A stretch of 64,000 bases of DNA from Candidatus Nomurabacteria bacterium GW2011_GWE2_34_25. Lineage in GTDB: Bacteria; Patescibacteriota; Minisyncoccia; Phycocordibacterales; UBA9973. The DNA lies in assembly GCA_000990325.1 (NCBI GenBank), contig LBPS01000002.1:9562-73561 (forward strand). Direction: 5' to 3'. This document shows, one piece after another, positions 18,207 through 27,631 of this stretch. The notes beneath the pieces are model-generated. The model saw only the letters and a list, made by a program, of their open reading frames with translations. It did not search any database and was not told the origin of the DNA. The translations under genes were made by a program, and so were the position numbers. Every line of letters begins with the position of its first letter. Position 1 is the first letter of the stretch.

Positions 18207-19019
18207 ATGGATATTCTTATTTTTGTCTTTATTTTTTTACTAGGAACTATTATTGGAAGTTTTTTGAATGTTGTTATTTTCAGATTTAACACAGGCAAAG
18301 CTATTACAAAAGGGAGATCAATATGTATGACTTGTAGTCGTACGCTACGTTGGTACGAGCTTATTCCAGTTTTGTCTTACTTGTTTCAGCTTGGTAAATG
18401 CAGAAGATGTGCTGAAAAGATATCTCATCAGTACCCTATAGTTGAATTTGTCACAGGATTGATCTTTGTCCTAATAGCGTATCATTTCATCCCAGCACTT
18501 TTCTTTGCTCCGTTTTTATATCTATTCCTTGTTACTTTTTATGTTTTTATTTTTTCAATTTTAATAGTTATTTCTGTTTATGACATTCGTCATAAGGTCA
18601 TTCCAGATAAGCTTGTTGTTATTTTTATTATCACTTCTTTTCTTTCTCTCTTTATAAATCATTTTGGTATTGGACCTCTATTTATTTTGCCATCGATTCC
18701 TTTTGTTATAGCAGGACCAGTATTAGCCCTACCTTTTGCTTTCTTGTGGCTAGTGTCAAAGGGTAAATGGATGGGTCTAGGCGATGCAAAGCTTATGTTA
18801 GGAATTGGTTGGATGCTGGGTCTTTCGATTGGACTTGCTTCGATAATATTGGCCTTTTGGATTGGAGCTATAGTAAGCTTGTCTATTATGTTCTTTACTC
18901 TTAAGAAAATAAGTATGAAGACGGAGATTCCATTTGCCCCATTTCTAATAATAGGAGCCTTGATAGCTTTTCTGTTTAGTCTAAATATTTTTTCATTAGC
19001 CTCTTTATTCCAGTTTTAA
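18207..19019 (+). CDS. pilD: Prepilin peptidase PilD
   Basis: GSFLNVV, RSxCxxC, CRRC, YD and MGLGDAKL catalytic aspartates, IPFAPFL; start MDILIF after TGTTATACT. Confidence 0.95.
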   Translation: MDILIFVFIFLLGTIIGSFLNVVIFRFNTGKAITKGRSICMTCSRTLRWYELIPVLSYLFQLGKCRRCAEKISHQYPIVEFVTGLIFVLIAYHFIPALFFAPFLYLFLVTFYVFIFSILIVISVYDIRHKVIPDKLVVIFIITSFLSLFINHFGIGPLFILPSIPFVIAGPVLALPFAFLWLVSKGKWMGLGDAKLMLGIGWMLGLSIGLASIILAFWIGAIVSLSIMFFTLKKISMKTEIPFAPFLIIGALIAFLFSLNIFSLASLFQF

Positions 19020-19031
19020 TTAATTATATAA

Positions 19032-19763
19032 ATGTATAGAAATATTAAAAAAATAATAAATAATTGTAAAATATCTACAGAGAAGGGCTCCCGTTTTATT
19101 AAGTTGTATTCAACTTGTTTAAAACGCAGTCCTGAGTACTCGAAGGGCCTAACCCTTGTAGAATTGATGGTTGTTATTTCTATCTTTCTTATTATTACTG
19201 GGGTTGTAATTTTTAATTATGGTAATTTTAGCTCTACTGTTTCTCTGCAAAATCTCACAGATGATATAGCCCTATCTATCCGTAAAGCACAAGGGTTTGC
19301 TATTGGGGCTCGTGCGGCCAAAGATACAACTGGAAATCTAGATTTTAACTACAGTTATGGTATTCATTTTTCTGTAAATACAGGTGGCGCTGACTTAGAA
19401 GGGTCAAATAGATCTTTTGTATTATTTTCTTCTCCAAATAAAGAGTATAATCCGACTGGAACTGTATGTGATGGGTCTAATGAATGTGTGGAATTATTTA
19501 ATATTTTAAGTATAGATGAAATAAAAGAAATAAAAGCATATGATGCGTCTGGAAATTTAATCCCTAATTCAGAAACTTCTTCTGTTGATATTGTTTTTAC
19601 TCGCCCAAACCCCAAGGCAGATTTCTGCTACAAGAGATTGGTCAGTAGTAGTTGTGAAACTGCTTCATATGTTGAAGTTAAAATATCAAATGGCCGAGCA
19701 GGTGATGAATACAAAGAAAAAGTTATCTCAGTTCAAAATACTGGACAGATAAGTATACAATAA
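19032..19763 (+). CDS. Minor pilin (FimT-like) with extended leader
   Basis: KG|LTLVELMVVISI motif. Confidence 0.85.
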   Translation: MYRNIKKIINNCKISTEKGSRFIKLYSTCLKRSPEYSKGLTLVELMVVISIFLIITGVVIFNYGNFSSTVSLQNLTDDIALSIRKAQGFAIGARAAKDTTGNLDFNYSYGIHFSVNTGGADLEGSNRSFVLFSSPNKEYNPTGTVCDGSNECVELFNILSIDEIKEIKAYDASGNLIPNSETSSVDIVFTRPNPKADFCYKRLVSSSCETASYVEVKISNGRAGDEYKEKVISVQNTGQISIQ

Positions 19764-19767
19764 TAAT

Positions 19768-20376
19768 ATGAATATTTTAAACAAATTAAAAAAGAATAAG
19801 GAAGGATTTACTCTAATAGAACTTATGGTTGCTACAAGTTTATTTACAATTGTCATGCTTATGGGAGTTGGAGCCCTTGTTACTTCTTCAAACTCATCAA
19901 AATCTGCTCAAAAATTGAGAATTGCTGTAGATAATGTAAATCTTGCTATGGAAACTATGACGCGTGAACTTCGTACAGGGACTCATTTTTATTGTGGGGG
20001 GAATATGACTCCTTACTTTGTGGGAGATTGTCCCGCCGGAACTTTTGGTGATATTATTACTTTTAACCCACAACAAGTGGGAGTAAATCCACCATCGAGG
20101 GTTGGATATTATTTGAAGAAAAGAGTAGTCAATGGAGTTGATCAAGGAACCTTTACCCTACAGAGATGTGAGGTATTTGCTACTAATTGTTCGGATATAG
20201 TTTCATCAAATGTTAATGTAACGAAACTCAAGTTTTATGTTAAAGGATCAGAACTTCCTCCTACGGATACCATTCAACCTTCTGTTGAAATTTTGATGAA
20301 TGGAGTTGTAAAAATAAAAGGCAAAGAGGTACCATTCACACTTCAATCAATGGCTACACAAAGGTCATCAGAATAA
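19768..20376 (+). CDS. Minor pilin (PilW-like)
   Basis: EG|FTLIELMVA motif. Confidence 0.88.
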   Translation: MNILNKLKKNKEGFTLIELMVATSLFTIVMLMGVGALVTSSNSSKSAQKLRIAVDNVNLAMETMTRELRTGTHFYCGGNMTPYFVGDCPAGTFGDIITFNPQQVGVNPPSRVGYYLKKRVVNGVDQGTFTLQRCEVFATNCSDIVSSNVNVTKLKFYVKGSELPPTDTIQPSVEILMNGVVKIKGKEVPFTLQSMATQRSSE

Positions 20377-20386
20377 TAGGGCTTTA

Positions 20387-20522
20387 CCCCCACACCAAAT
20401 TTAGTGTTATTGTGTAGTATTTCAAACAGTTTTAATATAATATTTAATATATGAAGATCAAATTTTTTACAAATTTAATAAAGCGACACAATAAAAATAC
20501 GACACTAAATTTAGTGTCGGGG
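20387..20522. mobile_element. MITE-like element at a prepilin G|F-T site
   Basis: 22-bp inverted arms at 20386-20407 and 20502-20523 (2 mismatches); TTTA directly repeated at 20383-20386 and 20523-20526. Confidence 0.65.
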
Positions 20523-21110
20523 TTTACTATTATCGAAGCACTCGTAGCGGTATTCATTTTGTCCGTTTCAGTTGCTTCAATGTTGGGTGTTACTGCAACC
20601 AGTGCCTCTCATGCTAGATATGTAAACAATGAAATAACAGCCAACTATCTTTTGCAGGAAGCTATTGACTCAATACGCAATAGTCGCGATACTATAGCAT
20701 TTCAAATGAAAGATGATTTAGTTAATGGAGGTTGGAATAATTTCTTAAAGAGATATGGATATGATATTAGTAATGGAGCTAAAACTAAATGTTTTTCTGA
20801 TAAAGGTTGTTATTTGGAAATAGACAAATTTGAAGCCAAAAACTTATCCAGTCCTGACATTTCTGAGTGTGATACAGCAGGATGTAAATCTTTAAGCTAT
20901 GATCCTACTTTAACTTCTTCACTTTTCTATTATTATAGTACAGACAACACTAATCTCAGCTTTTTTAATCGAAAGATAATTATGGTTATAAACCCTACCA
21001 ATCCTGATGAAGTTAAAGTTACTGCAAAAGTAGAATGGAGGAATGTTGATTATACTTCAAACACAAAGACTCAAGAGTTATCAATCAGTCTTTTAAATTG
21101 GCAAAATTAA
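20451..21110 (+). CDS. Minor pilin (PilV-like)
   Basis: SG|FTIIEALVAV, ANYLLQEAIDSIRN. Confidence 0.88.
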   Translation: MKIKFFTNLIKRHNKNTTLNLVSGFTIIEALVAVFILSVSVASMLGVTATSASHARYVNNEITANYLLQEAIDSIRNSRDTIAFQMKDDLVNGGWNNFLKRYGYDISNGAKTKCFSDKGCYLEIDKFEAKNLSSPDISECDTAGCKSLSYDPTLTSSLFYYYSTDNTNLSFFNRKIIMVINPTNPDEVKVTAKVEWRNVDYTSNTKTQELSISLLNWQN

Positions 21111-21572
21111 ATGAAAACAAAAAATAGAAAAATAAATAATGGAGGGTATGCAATATTATTTACAGTAGTAATTGTGGGTATTATTACTGCCATTACTATT
21201 GGATTGTCTACTTCTGCATACAAACAAGCTATTCTTTCTTCTGTCGCAAGAGATTCAACAACGGCTTTTTATCAAGCCGATATAGGGTCTGAATGTGCTT
21301 TATATGCCGAAAAAGTTCAAGTACTAGATCCTAATAATACGAATACTACATTTACATGTGCGGGTACCACATTAGATTTTAACAGTCCTAGTGCAAATCA
21401 ATACACGTTATACCCACAAGATGAAACATCACTTTCTAAATGTTTTCGTATTGATGTTAATAAAGATATATCATTGGGTCCTATTTCGACCGAGATAGTG
21501 ACAAGAGGGTACAATAAATGCAAAAAAGATAATATCAGGACTGTTGAACGTGGAATTAAAATTACATATTAA
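21111..21572 (+). CDS. Minor pilin (PilX-like, no Glu5)
   Basis: GG|YAILFTVVIV, AFYQADIGSECA. Confidence 0.8.
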   Translation: MKTKNRKINNGGYAILFTVVIVGIITAITIGLSTSAYKQAILSSVARDSTTAFYQADIGSECALYAEKVQVLDPNNTNTTFTCAGTTLDFNSPSANQYTLYPQDETSLSKCFRIDVNKDISLGPISTEIVTRGYNKCKKDNIRTVERGIKITY

Positions 21573-21575
21573 AAA

Positions 21576-23588
21576 ATGGAAGATCTAAAAATAAAAAATC
21601 GAATATTGAAACTTCGGGAGGAGATTTCGAGATTACGAAATGAATATCATGTAAAGAATAATCCAAAAGTGACAGATGACGTCTATGAATCCCTGACTCG
21701 TGAGCTGGATGGACTTGAAAGTAAATATCCAGAATTTGCAGACGAGAATAGTGCTGTCCGTAGAGTTGCTGGAGTGCCTTTGTCAAAATTTAAGAAAGTA
21801 AAACATGAGAGTAGGATGCTTTCGATGAATGATACTTTTTCATATGACGAAGTGAAAGAATGGGAAACTCGTATATCTAAACTTTTAAATAAAAAGCACT
21901 CATATTTTTGCGAAGTAAAGTTTGATGGTTTGTCAGCCTCTCTTATTTATAAAGATGGGGCTTTTGTAGAAGGTTCAACGAGGGGTGATGGATATATAGG
22001 GGAGGATGTCACAGAGAATTTAAAAATGATAAATAGCATTCCTCTTAAGTTAACCCCTCCGTATCCTTCTCATCTAGAAGTTCATGGAGAAGTATTAATG
22101 CCCAAAAAAGTTTGGATTGCTCTAAATAAAATACAAGAACGTGAAGGGAAGCCAACTTTTGCCAATACTCGCAATGCCGCCGCCGGCTCTCTTCGTCAGC
22201 TAGACCCCAAAATTGTTCAAGAAAGGAAATTAGACTTTTTCCCTTGGGATTTAGCTTCTATTGAATATAATGGTAAAAAATTAGAGATTAAAAATCATTC
22301 CGATAAACATAAAATTTTAAGAGATTTAGGATTTTTTCTAGATCCTCATGAAAAAAAAGCCCAAGATTTAAAAGAGGTATTTTCTTTTATTGAAGATATT
22401 GGGAAAATTCGAGCCGATTTACCTTATGGCTCAGACGGTGTTGCTATCTCTGTCGATGAATTAGACTTACAAGAGAAATTGGGAATAGTTGGAAAAGCTC
22501 CTCGTTATATGACAGCTTTTAAATATCCAGCCGAAAGAGCGACAACTATTGTGACAAATATTACGGTGAGTGTAGGGCGTACCGGAGTTTTGACTCCGGT
22601 GGCACATTTCAATTCTACTTTTGTTGCAGGTTCAAGTGTATCAAAAGCAACATTGCACAATATGGATCAAATAGAAAGACTTGATATTCGCATAGGTGAT
22701 ACGATTGTTATTCAAAAGGCGGGGGATGTTATTCCAGAGGTAGTAGAAGTTCTGACTAAGATGAGAGGTGGTAAAGAAAAGAAATTTAAAATGCCAAGTA
22801 TTTGTCCGATGTGTGAATATAAGGTAGAGCAAAGAAAAGCTGGACTCGCAGGAAACTCCTCATCTGTCGCCTTTTACTGTACAAATAAAAATTGCCCAGC
22901 CAGAAACAGTAGAGGGATGCAACACTTTGTAAATGCTTTTGAGATTTATGAGATCGGCCCAAAAATTATTGATAGATTAAAAGAAGAAGGACTTATCGGA
23001 GATAGTGCTGACTTATTTACACTAGAAAGTGCCGACCTTTCCGGATTGGAAAGATTTGGAGAAAAATCAGCCGATAATATTATAAATTCTATAGAAGAAC
23101 ACAAAAAAGTTCTATTTTGGCGGTTTATTTACGCTCTTGGTATTATTCACGTCGGAGAACAAACAGCTCGAGATTTGGCAAATCATTTCCATAATCTAAA
23201 AAACCTAATGAGTGTAAGCATAGAGGATATAAATAATATAGAGAACATTGGACCAATCGTTTCGGAGAGTGTCTTTAATTATTTTCATGATAAAAGTAAT
23301 TTACATTTCATAGAAAAGCTTTTAGTAAATGGAGTTTCTATTATTGAAGAAAAGAAAAAGACAGGAAATCTAACTGGTAAGATTTTTGTTCTGACTGGTA
23401 CACTTCCAACCCTTTCTCGTGAAGATGCCAAAAAGAAAATAATAGAAAATGGAGGGAAGGTTTCTTCTTTGGTTTCCATTAAGACAGACTATGTGTTAGT
23501 GGGTGTTGAAGCTGGTAGTAAATACAAAGAGGCACAAAAACTTGGTATAAAAATTATAACAGAGTCCGAATTTCTGAAAATGCTATAA
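21576..23588 (+). CDS. ligA: NAD-dependent DNA ligase
   Basis: EVKFDG, TRGDG, Zn finger, HhH motifs, BRCT domain. Confidence 0.98.
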   Translation: MEDLKIKNRILKLREEISRLRNEYHVKNNPKVTDDVYESLTRELDGLESKYPEFADENSAVRRVAGVPLSKFKKVKHESRMLSMNDTFSYDEVKEWETRISKLLNKKHSYFCEVKFDGLSASLIYKDGAFVEGSTRGDGYIGEDVTENLKMINSIPLKLTPPYPSHLEVHGEVLMPKKVWIALNKIQEREGKPTFANTRNAAAGSLRQLDPKIVQERKLDFFPWDLASIEYNGKKLEIKNHSDKHKILRDLGFFLDPHEKKAQDLKEVFSFIEDIGKIRADLPYGSDGVAISVDELDLQEKLGIVGKAPRYMTAFKYPAERATTIVTNITVSVGRTGVLTPVAHFNSTFVAGSSVSKATLHNMDQIERLDIRIGDTIVIQKAGDVIPEVVEVLTKMRGGKEKKFKMPSICPMCEYKVEQRKAGLAGNSSSVAFYCTNKNCPARNSRGMQHFVNAFEIYEIGPKIIDRLKEEGLIGDSADLFTLESADLSGLERFGEKSADNIINSIEEHKKVLFWRFIYALGIIHVGEQTARDLANHFHNLKNLMSVSIEDINNIENIGPIVSESVFNYFHDKSNLHFIEKLLVNGVSIIEEKKKTGNLTGKIFVLTGTLPTLSREDAKKKIIENGGKVSSLVSIKTDYVLVGVEAGSKYKEAQKLGIKIITESEFLKML

Positions 23589-23606
23589 ATATGTTATTCT
23601 CTAATT

Positions 23607-23906
23607 ATGACCTTAGAAGATATTAAAAAATTAGCAAATCTGGCTCGTATAGATATGGAGGAAGTTGAAATGGGAGAAATTGCCAAGGATTTTGATGCTA
23701 TTTTGGCGTATGTTGGACAAGTGCAAGAAGCTGCTATGGAAGGTGGTACTAGAGGAGAAGTTTCAAAAGTATCCGAAAGTTATCCTTTATATAACATAAT
23801 GAGAGAAGATGTTGTCACAAATAAAGAAGAAGAATTTACGGATAAGATTATGAAACTTGCCCCAAATACTGAGAATGGATATCTTAAAGTAAAACAAATA
23901 TTATGA
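23607..23906 (+). CDS. gatC: Asp/Glu-tRNA amidotransferase subunit C
   Basis: IKKLANLARI, MRED, GYLKVKQIL; upstream of gatA. Confidence 0.9.
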   Translation: MTLEDIKKLANLARIDMEEVEMGEIAKDFDAILAYVGQVQEAAMEGGTRGEVSKVSESYPLYNIMREDVVTNKEEEFTDKIMKLAPNTENGYLKVKQIL

Positions 23907-25321
23907 TTGATTTAAAAAGTTTAACAATAGAAAATACACATAATCATTTTAAGAATGGTGATTTTACTATTAGAGAATTAGTAGATGAATATCTAAAAGT
24001 AATTAAAAATAATAATGAAAGAATAAATGCGTACTTAGAAGTCTATGATGATATAGATGAACAGATAAAAAAAGCAGAGGAAATGTTTAAGGGTGGTACT
24101 GCCACCATCTTGACGGGGATACCTTTTTCATTAAAAGATAACATTTTGATGGAAGGGCACATTGCTTCATCTTCTTCAAAAATTTTAGAAAATCACGTAG
24201 CTACTTACGATTCTTTTGTTGTAGCAAAATTAAAAAAAGAAGGTGTAATATTTCTAGGTAGAACAAATATGGATGAATTTGCAATGGGAAGTTCTACTCA
24301 GACGAGTGCTTATGGAATAACCCGAAATCCACTAGATGAATCTCGGGTTCCTGGTGGTTCTTCGGGTGGTCCTGCTGCATCTGTAGCAGGGGATATGGCT
24401 CTTGTAGCTTTAGGAACCGAGACTTGTGGTTCTATTAGACAGCCTGCTGCTTTTTGTGGGCTTGTGGGCTTAAAACCAACATATGGAATGATTTCTCGTT
24501 CTGGAGTTATTTCTTTGGCTAGTTCTTTAGATCAAGTTAGTCCTCTGGGTAGAACTGTAAAGGATACAGAAATTATTTTTAATGCGATGTCATTTCATGA
24601 TGAGAAAGATAGTACTTCTATTCCAAACGAAATGAGAATAATAAAAGATAAAACAATACAAAAAAGGATTGGTATTCCTAGAAAGTTTTTATCAGGAGAA
24701 GGTATTGATAAAGAAGTAATGAAAAATTTCGAAGAAAGTTGTGATAAATTGAAAAAAGCAGGTTACGAATTAGTGGATGTAGACTTACCCTCCATAAAAT
24801 ATTCTCTTGCTGTTTATCATGTGCTTATGCAAGCTGAAGCCTCAAGTAATCTAGCTCGCTTTGATGGTATAAGATATGGAAGAAGTGTTGAGAGTGACAA
24901 GCTTTATGATGTTTATGCAAAGAGTAGAGGAAGTGGTTTTGGTAAAGAGACTCGTAGAAGAGTATTACTTGGGACGTATATTTTGTCTCATGGGTACTAT
25001 GACGCTTATTATAATTCAGCATTAAAAGTTAGACAGATGATTAAAGATGAACTGACAAGCTTTTTTAAAGATTTTGATGTATTTATGACACCAACTGTAC
25101 CTTTTTTGCCATTTAAACTTGGCGAGAAATTAGATGATCCTATTGGTATGTATTTGTCAGATTTATTTTCTGCCCCTGCTAATTTAGCAGATATTCCTTC
25201 AATAGCGATTCCTTCTGGCAAATCAGAAAGTGGATTACCCTTTAGTATTCAATTTACCGCCCCTTACTTACGTGAAGATATCCTCTTTACTATTGGGAAA
25301 GAATTTGAAAAACTAGTATAA
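23903..25321 (+). CDS. gatA: Asp/Glu-tRNA amidotransferase subunit A
   Basis: KDN, TNMDEFAMGSST, PGGSSGG, GSIRQPA, SSNLARFDG. Confidence 0.97.
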   Translation: MIDLKSLTIENTHNHFKNGDFTIRELVDEYLKVIKNNNERINAYLEVYDDIDEQIKKAEEMFKGGTATILTGIPFSLKDNILMEGHIASSSSKILENHVATYDSFVVAKLKKEGVIFLGRTNMDEFAMGSSTQTSAYGITRNPLDESRVPGGSSGGPAASVAGDMALVALGTETCGSIRQPAAFCGLVGLKPTYGMISRSGVISLASSLDQVSPLGRTVKDTEIIFNAMSFHDEKDSTSIPNEMRIIKDKTIQKRIGIPRKFLSGEGIDKEVMKNFEESCDKLKKAGYELVDVDLPSIKYSLAVYHVLMQAEASSNLARFDGIRYGRSVESDKLYDVYAKSRGSGFGKETRRRVLLGTYILSHGYYDAYYNSALKVRQMIKDELTSFFKDFDVFMTPTVPFLPFKLGEKLDDPIGMYLSDLFSAPANLADIPSIAIPSGKSESGLPFSIQFTAPYLREDILFTIGKEFEKLV

Positions 25322-25330
25322 TAACAAAGT

Positions 25331-25945
25331 ATGCAACCAACAACTGTTGTACAAACAATAAATCAAAAGCCTATCTTTGATCCGACATATTTAAACATGG
25401 AGTATGTTTTTGATAAAATAGCAAATTCTATAAATCCAATTATTTCAGCTATTACCGATGTAAATACATGGCAGACTATTGGAATAATATCAGTTCTCAT
25501 ATCAATACTTGCTCTTTTTGTAATAATTTTTTCACTTGTTCGAATGTATGAGATACAAGTCTTCGATAGGGAAGAAATTGAACACGAGATTAATCATGCT
25601 TTGGCAAAAGATAAGGAAATGGAAAGACTTTTAAATCCAAAATGGAAATACATCCTTACTTTAATTGAAAGTCCAAATGAATCTGATTGGCGAATTGCAG
25701 TAATGGAATCGGATTCTCTTCTTGAAGAAAGTTTCAAAGAACGTGGGCTCATCGGGAGTACAATGTCGGATCTATTAGAAGAGGCAAAGCTAAACGGCTA
25801 TCCGGGTATCCAGGGGGCTTGGGATGCGCATCTGATTCGTAATAAAATCGCTCATGAAGGGTTAGATTATCCTTTTACACAAATAGAGGCGCGTCGCGTC
25901 GTAAAGTTATATCAAAATGTTTTTGAAGGATTAGGAGTAATTTAA
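25331..25945 (+). CDS. Hypothetical membrane-anchored protein
   Basis: One TM helix and C-terminal AWDAHLIRNKIAHEG (R-x4-H, HEPN-like). Confidence 0.8.
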   Translation: MQPTTVVQTINQKPIFDPTYLNMEYVFDKIANSINPIISAITDVNTWQTIGIISVLISILALFVIIFSLVRMYEIQVFDREEIEHEINHALAKDKEMERLLNPKWKYILTLIESPNESDWRIAVMESDSLLEESFKERGLIGSTMSDLLEEAKLNGYPGIQGAWDAHLIRNKIAHEGLDYPFTQIEARRVVKLYQNVFEGLGVI

Positions 25946-25975
25946 AAAGAGTAGCTAAAGCTACTCTTTTTAAAT
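25940..25975. terminator. Bidirectional terminator
   Basis: ATTTAAAAAGAGTAGC-TAAA-GCTACTCTTTTTAAAT. Confidence 0.75.
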
Positions 25976-25977
25976 TG

Positions 25978-26051
25978 CGCGGTCGACCGGACTTGAACCG
26001 GCAACCTCTCACGTGACAGGCGAGTGCTCTAACCAGTTGAGCTACGACCGC
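25978..26051 (-). tRNA. tRNA-Asp(GUC)
   Basis: GCGGTCG/CGACCGC-G73, CTCGC-CT-GTC-AC-GTGAG. Confidence 0.95.
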
Positions 26052-26096
26052 ATTTTTAAAACATAACATAAAATAGAAAATAATTCCATTTTATTG

Positions 26097-26148
26097 TGTC
26101 GATGGGAGGGCTCGAACCTCCGACCTTGGGCTTATGAGTCCCACGCTC
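26097..26148 (-). pseudogene. Truncated tRNA(CAU) fragment lacking its 5' acceptor strand and most of the D arm
   Basis: Reverse strand GAGCGTGGGACTCATAAGCCCAAGGTCGGAGGTTCGAGCCCTCCCATCGACA; no matching GTCGATG 5' strand upstream. Confidence 0.75.
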
Positions 26149-26202
26149 CAGATTCTTCTTCGGGTTCATGGACATGTTTTTGGTATGTCACTTACCGAAT
26201 TG

Positions 26203-26273
26203 TTGCGGGAGGTCGAATCGAACGACCGTCTTAAGGTTATGAGCCTTACGAGATACCATTTCTCTATCCCGCT
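26203..26273 (-). tRNA. tRNA-fMet(CAU), initiator
   Basis: A1:A72 mismatch, GCGGGA acceptor, TAAGG-CT-CAT-AA-CCTTA. Confidence 0.88.
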
Positions 26274-26348
26274 ATATAATATTAAATTTTACAAACATCT
26301 ATTTTTTCAAAGACTCATAACCGGTTATTCGCGCTATTAGTCCTTTCG

Positions 26349-26377
26349 GAGATACAATTTCTCTATCCCGCTATATA
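26349..26377 (-). repeat. Upstream duplicate of the tRNA-fMet 5' end
   Basis: 28/29 identical to 26250-26278. Confidence 0.85.
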
Positions 26378-26556
26378 TTTAAACGTATCAAGAACGTTTA
26401 TCTTACTTAAGAAAAAAACCTTAATAAAGGCTTATAACACTGTTACTAGCTCTTTCTCTCAATATTTAAGTATAATAACCCGAATTAATAATTTTTGCAA
26501 TGATTGAAAATAAGCTTATTCTATAGTATTCTTAGGTAGTTAGTTTTTTTATTGTA

Positions 26557-26628
26557 GCCGTCATAGCTTAGTGGTAAAGCACTGTCTTGGTAAGACAGAG
26601 ACCGTGAGTCCGATTCTCACTGACGGCT
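26557..26628 (+). tRNA. tRNA-Thr(GGU)
   Basis: GCCGTCA/TGACGGC, CTGTC-TT-GGT-AA-GACAG; T loop TCCGATT. Confidence 0.92.
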
Positions 26629-26785
26629 CCGCAATTAAAGCCACATCGTTTTTAGCGAAATTTTGGCGGGCGGAGCGAAGCTCCGCCCAAGGATTTAAAG
26701 GATTTCCATATGCTTTTTGTTTTTGGAGGGTGAGTTTTAAGTTTACTCATTAAAATATGTAAATTATGTTAATATGTATTTATAT

Positions 26786-27628
26786 ATGAAGACAGAAATA
26801 ATAAAATCACATATAAGCAACTTTGAATCAAATTCACACAAGACCAGTGAGGGAGTTGAATTCTGGCTTGCTCGTGATTTACAAGAGCTTTTAGGATATG
26901 ACAAGTGGGATAATTTCATAAAAGTTATATCAAAAGCTAAAATAGCTTGTGAAAATAGCAAACAAGTAGTTTCTGACCATTTTGCCGACGTCGGGAAAAT
27001 GGTTAAACTTGGTTCAGGAAGCGAGCGGGAAATTGCAGATATAATGCTTACTAGATATGCTTCTTATTTGGTAGCTCAAAATGGTGATTCTAAAAAAGAG
27101 GAAATTTCTTTTGCTCAAAATTATTTTGCAGTGCAAACAAGAAAGTTTGAAATTATAGAAAAACGAATACAAGAATTTGAACGAGTTACTGCTAGGCAAA
27201 AATTAACAGAAACTGAAAAAGAATTATCAGGTATTATTTATCAACAAACTGGCAGTGATAAGAATTTTGGATTGATTAGAAGTAAAGGGGATAAAGCCTT
27301 GTTTGGTTTTACAACTGGAGAAATGAAAAAGCGACTTGGTGTTCCGGAAGGTCGAGCACTTGCTGATTTTCAGCCAACAATTATTTTGAAAGCAAAAGAT
27401 TTTGCAACAGAAATCACTATTTTCAATTCAAAGAACAAAAATTTAAAAACAGAACAAGCTATTTCAGAAGAACATATTACAAATAATCGTAGTGTCAGAA
27501 AAACACTCATTGGTCGTGGAATTATTCCAGAGAGACTTCCAAAAGAAGAAGATATCAAAAAGATTGAACGAAAACTAAAATCTGATGAAAAGAAAGGCTT
27601 GAAAAAGGTAGATAAGCTTGGAAAATAA
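26786..27628 (+). CDS. dinD: DNA damage-inducible protein D (Bro-N domain)
   Basis: EFWLARDLQELLGY, LTRYASYLVAQNGD, AQNYFAVQTR, RSKGDKALFG. Confidence 0.92.
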   Translation: MKTEIIKSHISNFESNSHKTSEGVEFWLARDLQELLGYDKWDNFIKVISKAKIACENSKQVVSDHFADVGKMVKLGSGSEREIADIMLTRYASYLVAQNGDSKKEEISFAQNYFAVQTRKFEIIEKRIQEFERVTARQKLTETEKELSGIIYQQTGSDKNFGLIRSKGDKALFGFTTGEMKKRLGVPEGRALADFQPTIILKAKDFATEITIFNSKNKNLKTEQAISEEHITNNRSVRKTLIGRGIIPERLPKEEDIKKIERKLKSDEKKGLKKVDKLGK

Positions 27629-27631
27629 TGT

